The notes: a model not told the origin generated them from the sequence alone. A stretch of DNA of 61,599 bases from Oscillospiraceae bacterium (GCA_031260605.1 JAISLF010000064.1:1-61599); one strand, 5' to 3'; shown: positions 37,196 through 46,348, numbered from the stretch's first letter. Made by a program: numbers and translations.

Positions 37196-38137
37196 TTAGC
37201 TCAAAGCCTCCTTTAGTGCGGAAACGTTTTCGGTCATAATATCAATGTAGGTTTTCCCCGCCTCAAAGTCCGCCTTGGAAATATTGTGGCAGGCGTGCAG
37301 CAAAAGCACCTTTGCGCCCGTCTCTTCGGCAAGGGTGTTTGCCATTCTCTTGTTTCCCATCTCTATGTGGAACACAACCGGTATTTTCTCGGCAATTATC
37401 TTGTCAATCAGGAATTTCACCGTTGCAGCGCTCGCCTCCGTTTCGGTTGAGCAGCCGGGAAACGCCGCAAAATATTCGAGTCCGTAAGCGTCGGCAAGGT
37501 ATCTGAACGGGAATCGGTCGCCGAACACAATTGTCCTGCGCACAGCGCTGTCCGCAACGGCCTGCAGCTGCGCGTCAAGCGCGTCAAGCTTTTGCAGATA
37601 CTCAGATGTGTTTGACTTGTAGAACTCCGCGTTGTCCGCGTCGCGCGCAGCAAGCGCGTCTGAGATTTTCTGCACTATGAGCTTTGCGTTTTTCGGGGAG
37701 GTCCAGACGTGCTCGTCGTACTCCGGCTCCTCTGCGGCTTCCTCCTCCCCGTCCTGCATTCCCTCAACTGTTTCCTCTTCAACAGCCGTCACGCAGTCCA
37801 TCAGTGTAACGATTGTCATTTTCGAGGTGTCCACAGATTCCAGCACGTCCCGCACCCACTCGTCAGACTCGCCGCCGACGTATATAAAAACGTCGCAATT
37901 GCGGATTGTTATAACGTCCTTGGGCGTAGGCTCAAAGGAATGGCTCTCGGAGCCGGGCGGCAGCAGCATACTAAGCGAGGCGCGGTCTCCCGCAATAGCT
38001 CGGGCAAAATCGTACGGCGGAAAAATTGTTGTGACGATGCTGAGCTTGCCTGTATCTGCTTGCGGCGCAGTACGGTTACACGCAAAAAGCGACGCGCAAA
38101 GCACTGCCGACAGTATATATATAAGTATTTTTTTCAT
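37196..38137 (-). CDS. Metal ABC transporter substrate-binding lipoprotein (cluster A-I, ZnuA/TroA-like)
   Basis: 313 aa from the ATG at 38137. Lipobox ASLFAC. It has conserved His positions (ESHSFEP, DEHVWTSP) and an acidic loop (EGMQDGEEEAAEEPEYDEH). Confidence 0.82.
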   Translation of the reverse strand: MKKILIYILSAVLCASLFACNRTAPQADTGKLSIVTTIFPPYDFARAIAGDRASLSMLLPPGSESHSFEPTPKDVITIRNCDVFIYVGGESDEWVRDVLESVDTSKMTIVTLMDCVTAVEEETVEGMQDGEEEAAEEPEYDEHVWTSPKNAKLIVQKISDALAARDADNAEFYKSNTSEYLQKLDALDAQLQAVADSAVRRTIVFGDRFPFRYLADAYGLEYFAAFPGCSTETEASAATVKFLIDKIIAEKIPVVFHIEMGNKRMANTLAEETGAKVLLLHACHNISKADFEAGKTYIDIMTENVSALKEALS

Positions 38138-38267
38138 TAGGTTTGTTTGTAATCCTCTTTTTATGTTTTTGTCCTGCAATACATATAAAAAACGCAAAAA
38201 GCACAACCGGCCGCCAAATCGGCACGTTTGCCAATCCGGCGGCGGATTATTGCTTTTCGCTGAGGAT

Positions 38268-38594
38268 TTACGCTGTAATTTTAACCTTTAGTTCAATCGG
38301 CGACGGCATATGCACACAAAAAACATACGTCAAAAGTGCCGAAACAACTGCAAAAACGCAGGCAAAGGCGGCGGTCGCCTTAACAGCCTCGCCGCTGCCG
38401 CCGACAAGAATTTTCGCAGCAGAAATAACATGCGCGCAGGTAAGGCACGCACCGTCCGCACCGTCGTGGTCGTGGTCGTGCTCCGCAAAGGTAAGAATGT
38501 AGCTCGCGGAGAGCAGCAGCGCCGCGGAAAAGACGGCGCAGAGAATAAGGGCGGACAGCTTCTTTTGTCTGCCAACGCGGCGGTGTTTGAGCAA
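38268..38594 (-). CDS. Small membrane protein with an EHDHDHDGADGACLTCAH metal-ligand-like motif
   Basis: 108 aa. TTG start at 38594 with GGGAGG 8 nt upstream. Two predicted TM segments flank an HDHDHD + CxxC stretch. It is the first gene of the metal operon. Confidence 0.55.
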   Translation of the reverse strand: MLKHRRVGRQKKLSALILCAVFSAALLLSASYILTFAEHDHDHDGADGACLTCAHVISAAKILVGGSGEAVKATAAFACVFAVVSALLTYVFCVHMPSPIELKVKITA

Positions 38595-38633
38595 TGCGTG
38601 TACCTCCCTTTGCTTGCGCGGATATTTGTGGTA

Positions 38634-38662
38634 AGTATATCACGTTTGGCAGAGTTGGTCAA
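38634..38662 (-). promoter_or_regulatory. Candidate sigma-A promoter of the metal-uptake operon
   Basis: Minus strand TTGACC (38662-38657), 17-nt spacer, TATACT (38639-38634). Confidence 0.45.
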
Positions 38663-38689
38663 GGGGGCGCGGGGGCGGTTGCGTTCAGC

Positions 38690-39962
38690 TGTGCGCCGGA
38701 GGGTGCGGTGTTTGTAAGTGCGGCGAAGCTGCGCCTCGCGACTTTGCTTTACGCCTGCGCGGCGGGCGGTTCCTTTCTTGTCTTGGCAAGAAAGGAACCA
38801 AAGAAGCCGCTTTTGGGCTTAGGCGGGTTGCGTTGCTGCAAGTGTACGTGTCCGTACATCCGAACCCAGACAGAGCTGCCGACTGACGGGCTTTAGCCCT
38901 ATTTGCCAGAGATAAGTGCAGGTGGGTGGCAACCATAATTTAGCGAAGCCAACCCGCACCGCGCCCTGCGCTGTGTGGTGCGGCAAGACGTTGCGTGCCC
39001 CGACGCACGAAGTGCGGAGGTAGACGAGGGCACCCGACGCACCTTCGCCGTACGGGTGTGGTGGTTTAAGGCAATAGTCGAAGAGTTCCAAAAGCAGGGA
39101 CGATGAGGGCATCGTCCCCTACAGAGATGAAGACCTGTGGCAACGGGGACGCGATAGCACCGTACAGGTGCGCTGATTGCCGCAATGCACCCGCCCCACC
39201 GGGACACACACCACATTGTCGCACAACGTGCGGCAGCAATCGTAGCAGCAATTACCTTCCGGTTGGCACCCGACGGCAGTTTGCGGCAAGTTACAGCATT
39301 ACCTAAGTCTCCAACGCCGCGACAGGCTTCGCCCCTGCGTGCGGCGGTGCGGAAGTGTTCGCCGTGACCACCGCAATACGTCGCGGGGAAAGGCACATTC
39401 CGCATTGCCGCCACCGCAGTTCCCGTATAGAAAAAAGATTGCTTCTTCTAAAGAATTCGCCCCTTTTTGGTTACTTTTTCCGGCGAAGCGGAAAAAGTAA
39501 CCGCCCGCCGCGCAGGCGCTCTGCAGCGCGAAGCTGCCAAGCTTCGCTGCAATTACAAACACCGCAACCTGCGCCGCAGACAACACGCTTGCACCCGAGC
39601 AAAAGCAGAACAGAGTGGCGAAGCAACCCCCGGGCGGCAGATTGCCGCCCTACACCCGCCAAAAATCCGGCGGTAACCACCACAAGGGACGCTGAGGGCA
39701 GCGTCCCCCACAAACGCAAAGCTCTGACAAAAGCAAAAACCCAGCCAAACACCGCACCCTGTGCCGCAGGAAATACGCTTGCACCCAAGTAAAAGCAAAG
39801 CAGAACGGCGAAGCCCCCCGGGCGGCAGATTGCCGCCCCTATGCCCGCCGAAAGTCCCTGCGCAACCGCGACAAGGGACGCTGAGGGCAGCGTCCCCTAC
39901 AGAAGTACGAAGCCCTGAAATAAGCAAAAACAATCCCCGCCCCGCAAAAAAACACCCTGCAG
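38690..39962 (+). repeat. Large ORF-free, hairpin-dense element, copy 2, with a ~190-nt tandemly duplicated tail module
   Basis: Homologous to 24741-25700. A perfect 16-bp closing helix (38752-38767 with 39503-39518) encloses a 735-nt core. The tail units start at 39555 and 39745. The element ends at the -35 of the response-regulator promoter. Confidence 0.8.
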
Positions 39963-39991
39963 TTGATAATTCCTCCCCGCTGCTGTATAAT
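39963..39991 (+). promoter_or_regulatory. Candidate sigma-A promoter of the RR-HK-ABC operon
   Basis: TTGATA (39963-39968), 17-nt spacer, TATAAT (39986-39991). GGGGGGA RBS before the ATG at 40021. Confidence 0.5.
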
Positions 39992-40020
39992 AAGAAAAAC
40001 TGCACCGGGGGGATTATCTT

Positions 40021-40707
40021 ATGCCGCGAATATTTCTTGTAGAGGACGACGAGGCAATCGCCAAAAACCTTACGCTTCTGCTGCGACGGGAGAACTTTTC
40101 CGTAACGCGCGCGGCGGGACAAAAAGAAGCCCTTGCTCTGCTTGACGACGCAAAATTTGACCTCGCGCTCATCGACATTTCTCTGCCGGACGGCAACGGC
40201 TTTGCCGTTTGCACGGCGGTAAAGTCGCTGGCTGAAACGCCGGTTATCTTCCTTACGGCATCGGGAGACGAGGCGAGCGTCGTCACCGGTCTGAATATGG
40301 GCGCGGACGACTATATAACAAAGCCGTTTCGTCCGATGGAACTGATCGCCCGCATAAAAACCGCACTGCGAAAAAGCGGAAACGCGCCGTCTTCCTTTGA
40401 GCTGTCGTCACTGCACATTGACACTGCAAGCGGAAACGTCCGTAAAAACGGAAAGGAACTGTTTTTGTCCGCGCTTGAATACCGCTTACTGCTGGTGTTT
40501 TTGAACAACCGGGGAACGATTATTACGCGCAACAAGCTGCTTGACGAGCTGTGGGACGCGGCGGGCGAATTCGTCAACGACAACACGCTGACGGTTTATA
40601 TCAAGCGGCTGCGCGAGAAGATTGAGGACGACCCCGCGAACCCGCAGATTATCCTGACGGTGCGCGGTATGGGCTACAGGCTTGGTGGACAAAATGCTGC
40701 GGAATAG
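40021..40707 (+). CDS. OmpR-family response regulator
   Basis: 228 aa. Receiver (MPRIFLVEDDEAIA...LIDISLPDGNG) plus a winged-helix output (LTVRGMGYRL). Confidence 0.92.
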   Translation: MPRIFLVEDDEAIAKNLTLLLRRENFSVTRAAGQKEALALLDDAKFDLALIDISLPDGNGFAVCTAVKSLAETPVIFLTASGDEASVVTGLNMGADDYITKPFRPMELIARIKTALRKSGNAPSSFELSSLHIDTASGNVRKNGKELFLSALEYRLLLVFLNNRGTIITRNKLLDELWDAAGEFVNDNTLTVYIKRLREKIEDDPANPQIILTVRGMGYRLGGQNAAE

Positions 40708-41722
40708 GGAATTCAGGCAATTTGCAGGTGTGTTTCTGGTGCTTGCAGCAATTGCGATAAGCGCGGGATTTGTTATAGGCACGGCGGCGGGAATCCTTAC
40801 CGTCTGCGTGTCCGCCGCTTTTGGGACGGCATTTTTTGTGTTTACAAGAGCGCGGTACCGGAATATTGCGCGGATTTCCCGGCAGATTGACGCTGTTTTG
40901 CACAGCGAGAACCGCATAGAACTCGGAGATTTTGACGAGGGCGAGCTTTCAATTCTGCACAGCGAGATAACTAAAATGACGCTGCGAATCAGGGAACAAA
41001 ATGACTCGCTGAAAAAAGACAGGCAGTATCTCGCCGACTCGCTGGCGGACATTGCGCACCAGCTTCGCACGCCCTTGACCTCCGCCAACCTTATTCTCTC
41101 TCTTCTCGCGCAAAGCCCCGATGACAGTCAGCGACAGGACTTTGTGCGCGAGCTTGACGGGCTGCTTGTACAAATGGACAGGCTGATTACGTCTTTGCTC
41201 AAGCTCTCGCGCCTTGACGCGGGCGTTGTCGCGTTTCAAAATGAGCCTGTTGCCGTACAGACGCTTGTTGACTCCGCGCTTGCGCCGCTTGCAATTCCAA
41301 TGGAGCTGCGCGGCATAGAAATCGAAAAAGCGCTGCCGGACGGAGCCGAGATAAGAGGCGACCTCGGCTGGCTATCCGAGGCGGTTCAGAATATCCTGAA
41401 AAACTGTATGGAAAGCGTCGGCGAAAACGGCAAAATCGAGATTACCTGCCGTGACAATGCGCTATACACCGAGCTTGTCATTCACGACAGCGGCTCGGGT
41501 TTTTCACCGGAGGATCTGCCGCACTTGTTTGACCGGTTTTATCGCGGAACAGGCGCCGCCGCCAGCGGATACGGCATTGGCCTTGCGCTCTGCAAGACAA
41601 TTGTGTCGCGGCAGGGCGGGTCTGTTACGGCGAAAAACCACCCGCAGGGAGGCGCGGTATTCGCGCTGCGGTTTCCGAAAGTGACGAATGTGTCACCGTC
41701 AAGTCACCGGGACGTCACCTGA
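40694..41722 (+). CDS. Sensor histidine kinase
   Basis: 342 aa from the ATG at 40694. Two N-terminal TM segments, H-box IAHQLRTPLTS, N/G boxes (ILKNCMES, DSGSGF, GYGIGLAL). Confidence 0.88.
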   Translation: MLRNREFRQFAGVFLVLAAIAISAGFVIGTAAGILTVCVSAAFGTAFFVFTRARYRNIARISRQIDAVLHSENRIELGDFDEGELSILHSEITKMTLRIREQNDSLKKDRQYLADSLADIAHQLRTPLTSANLILSLLAQSPDDSQRQDFVRELDGLLVQMDRLITSLLKLSRLDAGVVAFQNEPVAVQTLVDSALAPLAIPMELRGIEIEKALPDGAEIRGDLGWLSEAVQNILKNCMESVGENGKIEITCRDNALYTELVIHDSGSGFSPEDLPHLFDRFYRGTGAAASGYGIGLALCKTIVSRQGGSVTAKNHPQGGAVFALRFPKVTNVSPSSHRDVT

Positions 41723-41771
41723 AAAGGGTATGCTGTGGTTACAACTAACCACACAAGGGGTGCACAAATAA

Positions 41772-42452
41772 ATGGAACTTCTCAGAATAGAAAACCTCAG
41801 CAAGGTTTACGGCAAGGGCGAAAATCAGGTAACCGCGCTTGACAATATTTCACTGACTGTTGAAAAAGGCGAATTCGTGGCGATTATCGGTTCCTCAGGT
41901 TCCGGTAAGTCAACGCTTTTGCACATAATCGGCGGCGTGGACGTACCGACCTACGGAAAGGTGTTTTTGGACGGGCAGGACGTCTACGCGCAGAAAAGCG
42001 AGAAGCTTGCTATATTCCGCCGCCGTCAGGTAGGGCTGATTTATCAGTTTTACAACCTGATTCCGACGCTGAATGTGGTGGAAAACATCACGCTGCCTGT
42101 GCTTATGGATAAGCGCGAGGCAAGTCCTGAGCGTCTTGAGGAGCTGCTCGGTCTGCTCGGACTCGCGGGGCGGCGCACGCATCTGCCGAATCAGCTTTCC
42201 GGCGGACAGCAGCAGCGCGTGTCGATAGGGCGGGCGCTGATGAACGCACCGGCCGTTATGCTCGCCGACGAGCCGACGGGCAACCTCGACAGCGCGACAG
42301 GTCAGGAAATCATCAATCTGTTAAAGCTGAGCAACAAAAAGTACGGACAGACGCTTATTGTCGTGACGCACGACGAAAATATCGCCCTGCAGGCGGACCG
42401 CATTATCGGCATATCGGACGGTAAAATTTCGCGCGACGAGCGCGTGAGGTAG
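41772..42452 (+). CDS. ABC transporter ATP-binding protein (MacB/FtsE-like)
   Basis: 226 aa. Walker [10 protein letters not shown], signature LSGGQQQR. Confidence 0.9.
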   Translation: MELLRIENLSKVYGKGENQVTALDNISLTVEKGEFVAIIGSSGSGKSTLLHIIGGVDVPTYGKVFLDGQDVYAQKSEKLAIFRRRQVGLIYQFYNLIPTLNVVENITLPVLMDKREASPERLEELLGLLGLAGRRTHLPNQLSGGQQQRVSIGRALMNAPAVMLADEPTGNLDSATGQEIINLLKLSNKKYGQTLIVVTHDENIALQADRIIGISDGKISRDERVR

Positions 42453-42459
42453 CTGCCCT

Positions 42460-45048
42460 ATGAATATCTTTAATAAGGTCACGTGGCAAAGCCTGAAGCG
42501 CAGCCGCACGCGCACAGCTGTCACAATAATCGGTGTTATTTTGTCCGTTGCAATGCTTGCGGCTGTTACTACATTTATTGCGTCCCTGCAAAACTTTCTG
42601 CTTCAGGGGCAAATCGCGGAATACGGCGACTGGCACGTGAAGTTCACGGACACAGATTCCGCCTTTGTGCAAGAGGCTGCGGCAGCTTCGGAGGTCAAAA
42701 ACTCCGCCGCTGTGCAAAACATCGGATATAGCTTGCTGGAAGGCGGGCAGAACCCGAACAAGCCGTACATTTTTGTAGCGGGTCTTGATGATTCCGCATT
42801 TGATATGCTGCCGGTGAGGCTCATTGAGGGCAGACTCCCGCAAAACAGCGGCGAAATCGTTATCCCGGAGCACCTTGAGTTAAACGGCGGCGTCTCGCTG
42901 AAAATCGGACAGACGCTGGTTCTGCCTGTCGGAATCCGCACGCTGGACGGGCATACGCTCGGACAAAAAAACTCCTATCAGGGCAGCAGTGAGCATATTG
43001 CGGCGGAGACTTTCACGCCGCTTGTAACCAAAACCTATACAATAGTCGGCATTATTGAAAGACCGGGCTTTGAGGGCTATTCAGCGCCGGGTTATACCGC
43101 GGTAACTATGCCGGACGCGCAGGCTGCCGGGAACACCGCCGAGTTTGACGTGTTTGTCGCGCTGAAAAAGCCGGGCACGGTTTACGGCTACGCGGAAAAA
43201 GCGGCAGGGCAGTACGGCACGGAGTTTAACAGCGGGCTGCTGCGGATTATCGGCGTGTCGGACAACGACAATTTCAACGCAATTCTGTATTCGCTCGGCG
43301 GCATTTTGATTGCTATGATTATGATTGGCGGCATTTTGCTGATTTACAACTCCTTTGCAATCTCCGTGAGTGAACGCTCCCGCCAGTTCGGAATTCTTTC
43401 GTCTGTCGGCGCAACAAAAAAACAGCTCCAGCGGTCGGTGCTGTTTGAGGGGATTTGTATCGGCGCAATCGGTATTCCGGTCGGAATCCTCGCGGGTATC
43501 GGCGGTATCGGCGTGACGCTGAGGTTCATCGGAGGCATTTTTAGGTCGCTGAGCGCAACAGAGACTACGCTGTCACTGACCGTATCCATTCCGGCAATCA
43601 TAATTGCCGCCGCTGTCGGCACTGTTGTAATTCTGCTGTCGGCTTACATTCCGGCGCGGCGTGCCGTGAAAAAATCAGCAATCGAGATTATCCGCCAAAC
43701 GGACGACATTAAGGTCTCCGCCAAGTCGGTAAAAACCTCCGGGCTGACGGCGGCTCTGTTCGGACTGCCGGGAACGCTTGCGCTCAAGAACTTCAAGCGC
43801 AACAAAAAGCGCTACCGCAGTACGGTTCTGTCACTGTTTGTCAGCGTGGTGCTGTTCATCTCCGCCAGCGCATTTGGAATGTATCTGAAGCAGGGAACGG
43901 ATATGTCGGTGCAGGATTACGGGTATGATATATCATTTTCCGCCGCGCAAGGCACGTATCACAGAAGCGATGAAGAGCTTCTGCGCCTTTATAACGAGAT
44001 GAAGGGCGTTGCGGGTGTTGACGGCGGTGCGTACGAAACGAGCCTCAACTGCACCGGATATATTGCTAAGGACAAGCTTACCGAGCGGTATATTGAATAT
44101 ATGGGGTATGCTGAGGAGGAGTCGGACGAGGTGCCCGTATATTTGCAGGTAACACTCCTTGACGACGAAGCCTATGCAAGGTACATTGCAGCGCTCGGAC
44201 TGTCTCCCGAGGAATACAATGCCGAAACCGGAAAGCTTGCCGCCGTTGCAATGATAAGAGGGTACGACCCGTCAACCCAGCGCAGCGTGATGGTTGATGT
44301 GTTCAGGCAGAACACAGTTTCAATGCGGCTAATTCCCGGATCAAACTCCCTGCTGCAGGAGGACGCGCAGCGGGACTTTGATTTCACAATTGTGGAGAAA
44401 ATGCCGCAGGAATTCAGAGAAACATACTTTATGGGCATTGCCGTCTATGCTCCGTACTCGGCTAAAGCGCTGTTTAACGCGCCGGAGGAGCTGTTCGGCG
44501 GCATATATATGGCATTTACGTCAAGCGACCCGACAGCTTCTGCCGCCGCGATGGAAACCGTTATCAAAAGCGCGGGAATAACCGCCGGGTACACGCTGTT
44601 TAATGTGGACGCGCAGCAGCAGATAAGCCGCAGCCTTATTTTAGTCGTCAATGTTTTCACATACGGCTTTGCAATCCTGATTTCACTGATTGCGATTGCC
44701 AACGTGTTCAACACAGTGTCCACCAGCATACACCTGCGGCGACGCGAGTTCGCTATGCTGCGCTCGATAGGTATGGGCACGCGCGACTTTAATAAGATGA
44801 TGAACTTTGAGTGCCTCTTCTACGGACTAAAGGCGCTGCTGTACGGACTGCCCGCCGCCGCGCTTGTTACGTTCGGGATTTACAAGGCGGTGCTGAACGC
44901 CGTAGACGTTTCGTTCACGCTGCCCTGGAGCAGCGTTGCAATCAGCGTGATTGCTGTGTTTTTTGTGGTGTTTGCAACAATGCTGTACTCGGTGCGCAAG
45001 GTGAAAAGCGCGAATGTGATAGACGCGCTACGGGATGATATGGCGTAG
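42460..45048 (+). CDS. FtsX-like ABC permease with two FtsX domains (putative antimicrobial-peptide efflux/sensing)
   Basis: 862 aa. An N-terminal TM plus a large extracytoplasmic domain, repeated twice. It is genetically linked to the RR/HK pair. Confidence 0.82.
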   Translation: MNIFNKVTWQSLKRSRTRTAVTIIGVILSVAMLAAVTTFIASLQNFLLQGQIAEYGDWHVKFTDTDSAFVQEAAAASEVKNSAAVQNIGYSLLEGGQNPNKPYIFVAGLDDSAFDMLPVRLIEGRLPQNSGEIVIPEHLELNGGVSLKIGQTLVLPVGIRTLDGHTLGQKNSYQGSSEHIAAETFTPLVTKTYTIVGIIERPGFEGYSAPGYTAVTMPDAQAAGNTAEFDVFVALKKPGTVYGYAEKAAGQYGTEFNSGLLRIIGVSDNDNFNAILYSLGGILIAMIMIGGILLIYNSFAISVSERSRQFGILSSVGATKKQLQRSVLFEGICIGAIGIPVGILAGIGGIGVTLRFIGGIFRSLSATETTLSLTVSIPAIIIAAAVGTVVILLSAYIPARRAVKKSAIEIIRQTDDIKVSAKSVKTSGLTAALFGLPGTLALKNFKRNKKRYRSTVLSLFVSVVLFISASAFGMYLKQGTDMSVQDYGYDISFSAAQGTYHRSDEELLRLYNEMKGVAGVDGGAYETSLNCTGYIAKDKLTERYIEYMGYAEEESDEVPVYLQVTLLDDEAYARYIAALGLSPEEYNAETGKLAAVAMIRGYDPSTQRSVMVDVFRQNTVSMRLIPGSNSLLQEDAQRDFDFTIVEKMPQEFRETYFMGIAVYAPYSAKALFNAPEELFGGIYMAFTSSDPTASAAAMETVIKSAGITAGYTLFNVDAQQQISRSLILVVNVFTYGFAILISLIAIANVFNTVSTSIHLRRREFAMLRSIGMGTRDFNKMMNFECLFYGLKALLYGLPAAALVTFGIYKAVLNAVDVSFTLPWSSVAISVIAVFFVVFATMLYSVRKVKSANVIDALRDDMA

Positions 45049-45068
45049 GGTGGGGGGGGATAACGGAA

Positions 45069-45110
45069 CAGCCGCGCGGCTTCGGGAAAGGCTGCGCGGC
45101 TGTTTGGGTT
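45069..45110 (+). terminator. Rho-independent terminator of the ABC/FtsX operon
   Basis: cagccgcgcggc-ttcgggaaag-gctgcgcggctg followed by tttgggtt. Composition switches to AT-rich immediately after it. Confidence 0.75.
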
Positions 45111-45112
45111 AG

Positions 45113-45220
45113 CTTGATAATATGGAAAATTGACATTTTTTGCCTTTGGCACAAGTTACGGAAACTCATATAGGCAAGCAATAACTTCGAATCGCCGAAA
45201 CTATTGTTCGTAGAATTCAT
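45113..45220 (-). pseudogene. 5' fragment of a gene translationally coupled to the radical SAM gene, truncated at the AT-rich/GC-rich boundary
   Basis: ATG at 45220 in an ATGA overlap with the rSAM stop. The AT-rich reading frame (MNSTNNSFGDSKLLLAYMSFRNLCQRQKMSIFHIIKL) runs straight into the FtsX terminator and antisense FtsX sequence, where the composition changes. Confidence 0.3.
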
Positions 45221-46290
45221 CTTGGTGAGGCATTTTTCAAATAATTCACTCTTTCTCTAAGTAGATCATCAACCCACTCTTTTTGAACAAAGCAAGTTTC
45301 TGATGTATAATTAAACGAAAATGCAGATGCTCGGCATCCTCCTTGACAAATTGGCAAAAACTCACATTTAAAGCATCGTTCCTCAAGTGAAGGATTGCAC
45401 CACTGTTCAATGGCACTATAATTCGTAATTCCGCCCCATATATCGCCAAATTTTGCGTTATTATCGTCCATTGCCATAGTGCATTTATATAATTCACCAT
45501 TGGGCGATATAACAAATCCGTCTACTGCACAAGCACTACATTGTGTTGTGCGCTGATGAAGTGCAAATGCTTTTAGCGGTGTTAAAAAGCCTGCATTTAC
45601 AAGCGCATTTTGCACCGCAAACCAACAGTCCTGCTTCGTTATGTCTAGTGTCTGAACCTTGCTATTCCCATACAAGTGATAAGCATAAACAGATAAGTAT
45701 TTAGTTCGTGGCAAAAATGAATTTAGATATTCTATAAGCGATAAGATATCTTGAAGATTATTGGCATCGTAGTTTAATCTTACGCTTGTATAAATACCAT
45801 TGTCAGCCATTTGAATTATATTCTTAATAACTGTTTGGAAGTAGTTGTTCGAATTTGCATATTTTTTTCTGCGACCATACTCCTGCTCCGTGCCGTCAAG
45901 GGTTATTTGGATTTTTCGAATATTCCACTTTGAATTCATTTTTTTAATAATTTCAGAATTGATAAGAGACCCGTTGCTGACCATACTGAAAGCAACATTG
46001 TCATCACCAAGTTTCTCACGCAAACGGCAAGAAATATAGTCAATAATGTCGGTGTTCATTAACGGTTCGCCACCAAACCATTCAATCTTTATTTTTCCTT
46101 TGCCTACAGTTGAAATAAATTCGCAAACTTGATCTGCTGTCGCTCTATTCATACTCGTTGCATTTTGGCTTTTCTCATAGCAATAAAAACACCGAGCATT
46201 GCACACTGTCGTTGGTAGAATGCGAAAAAAAGAATTTGTTGGATTAGTAATGCTAGTGATTCTAGACAAATTAATGGCAGAACAAAACAC
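45217..46290 (-). CDS. Radical SAM/SPASM-domain peptide-maturase-like enzyme
   Basis: 357 aa. It has the CNARCFYC (CxxxCxxC) cluster and C-terminal SPASM-type cysteines (CSACAV...YKC...CFKCEFLPICQGGCRA). It is strongly AT-rich relative to its neighbours. The only start available is a GTG right after an in-frame stop and without a good SD. Confidence 0.8.
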   Translation of the reverse strand: MFCSAINLSRITSITNPTNSFFRILPTTVCNARCFYCYEKSQNATSMNRATADQVCEFISTVGKGKIKIEWFGGEPLMNTDIIDYISCRLREKLGDDNVAFSMVSNGSLINSEIIKKMNSKWNIRKIQITLDGTEQEYGRRKKYANSNNYFQTVIKNIIQMADNGIYTSVRLNYDANNLQDILSLIEYLNSFLPRTKYLSVYAYHLYGNSKVQTLDITKQDCWFAVQNALVNAGFLTPLKAFALHQRTTQCSACAVDGFVISPNGELYKCTMAMDDNNAKFGDIWGGITNYSAIEQWCNPSLEERCFKCEFLPICQGGCRASAFSFNYTSETCFVQKEWVDDLLRERVNYLKNASPR

Positions 46291-46321
46291 CTTTTAGGGC
46301 TATTTTGCAGAATCTCGGCAT
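46271..46321 (-). CDS. Hypothetical 16-aa Cys-containing peptide ORF (MPRFCKIALKGVLFCH) overlapping the rSAM start
   Basis: ATG at 46321 preceded by GAGGA with a 6-nt spacer. The stop TAA at 46273-46271 lies 17 nt inside the rSAM ORF. It is too short for statistical support. Confidence 0.2.
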   Translation of the reverse strand: MPRFCKIALKGVLFCH

Positions 46322-46348
46322 GGCTCGTCCTCAAAATTGTTATTGATA

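Noticed and set aside
45040-45055. tggcgtagggtggg at the end of the FtsX gene resembles the tRNA 3' end tggcggagagggtggg, hinting at a third att remnant.
   Set aside because: The match needs a 2-nt gap, lies within coding sequence including the stop codon, and has no flanking tRNA-like sequence. It is most likely coincidence.
44942-45112. The GC-rich distal part of the 92-aa ORF that starts at 45220.
   Set aside because: It reads through the FtsX terminator and antisense FtsX coding sequence with a sharp composition change. Only the AT-rich first ~36 codons look like genuine (truncated) coding sequence.
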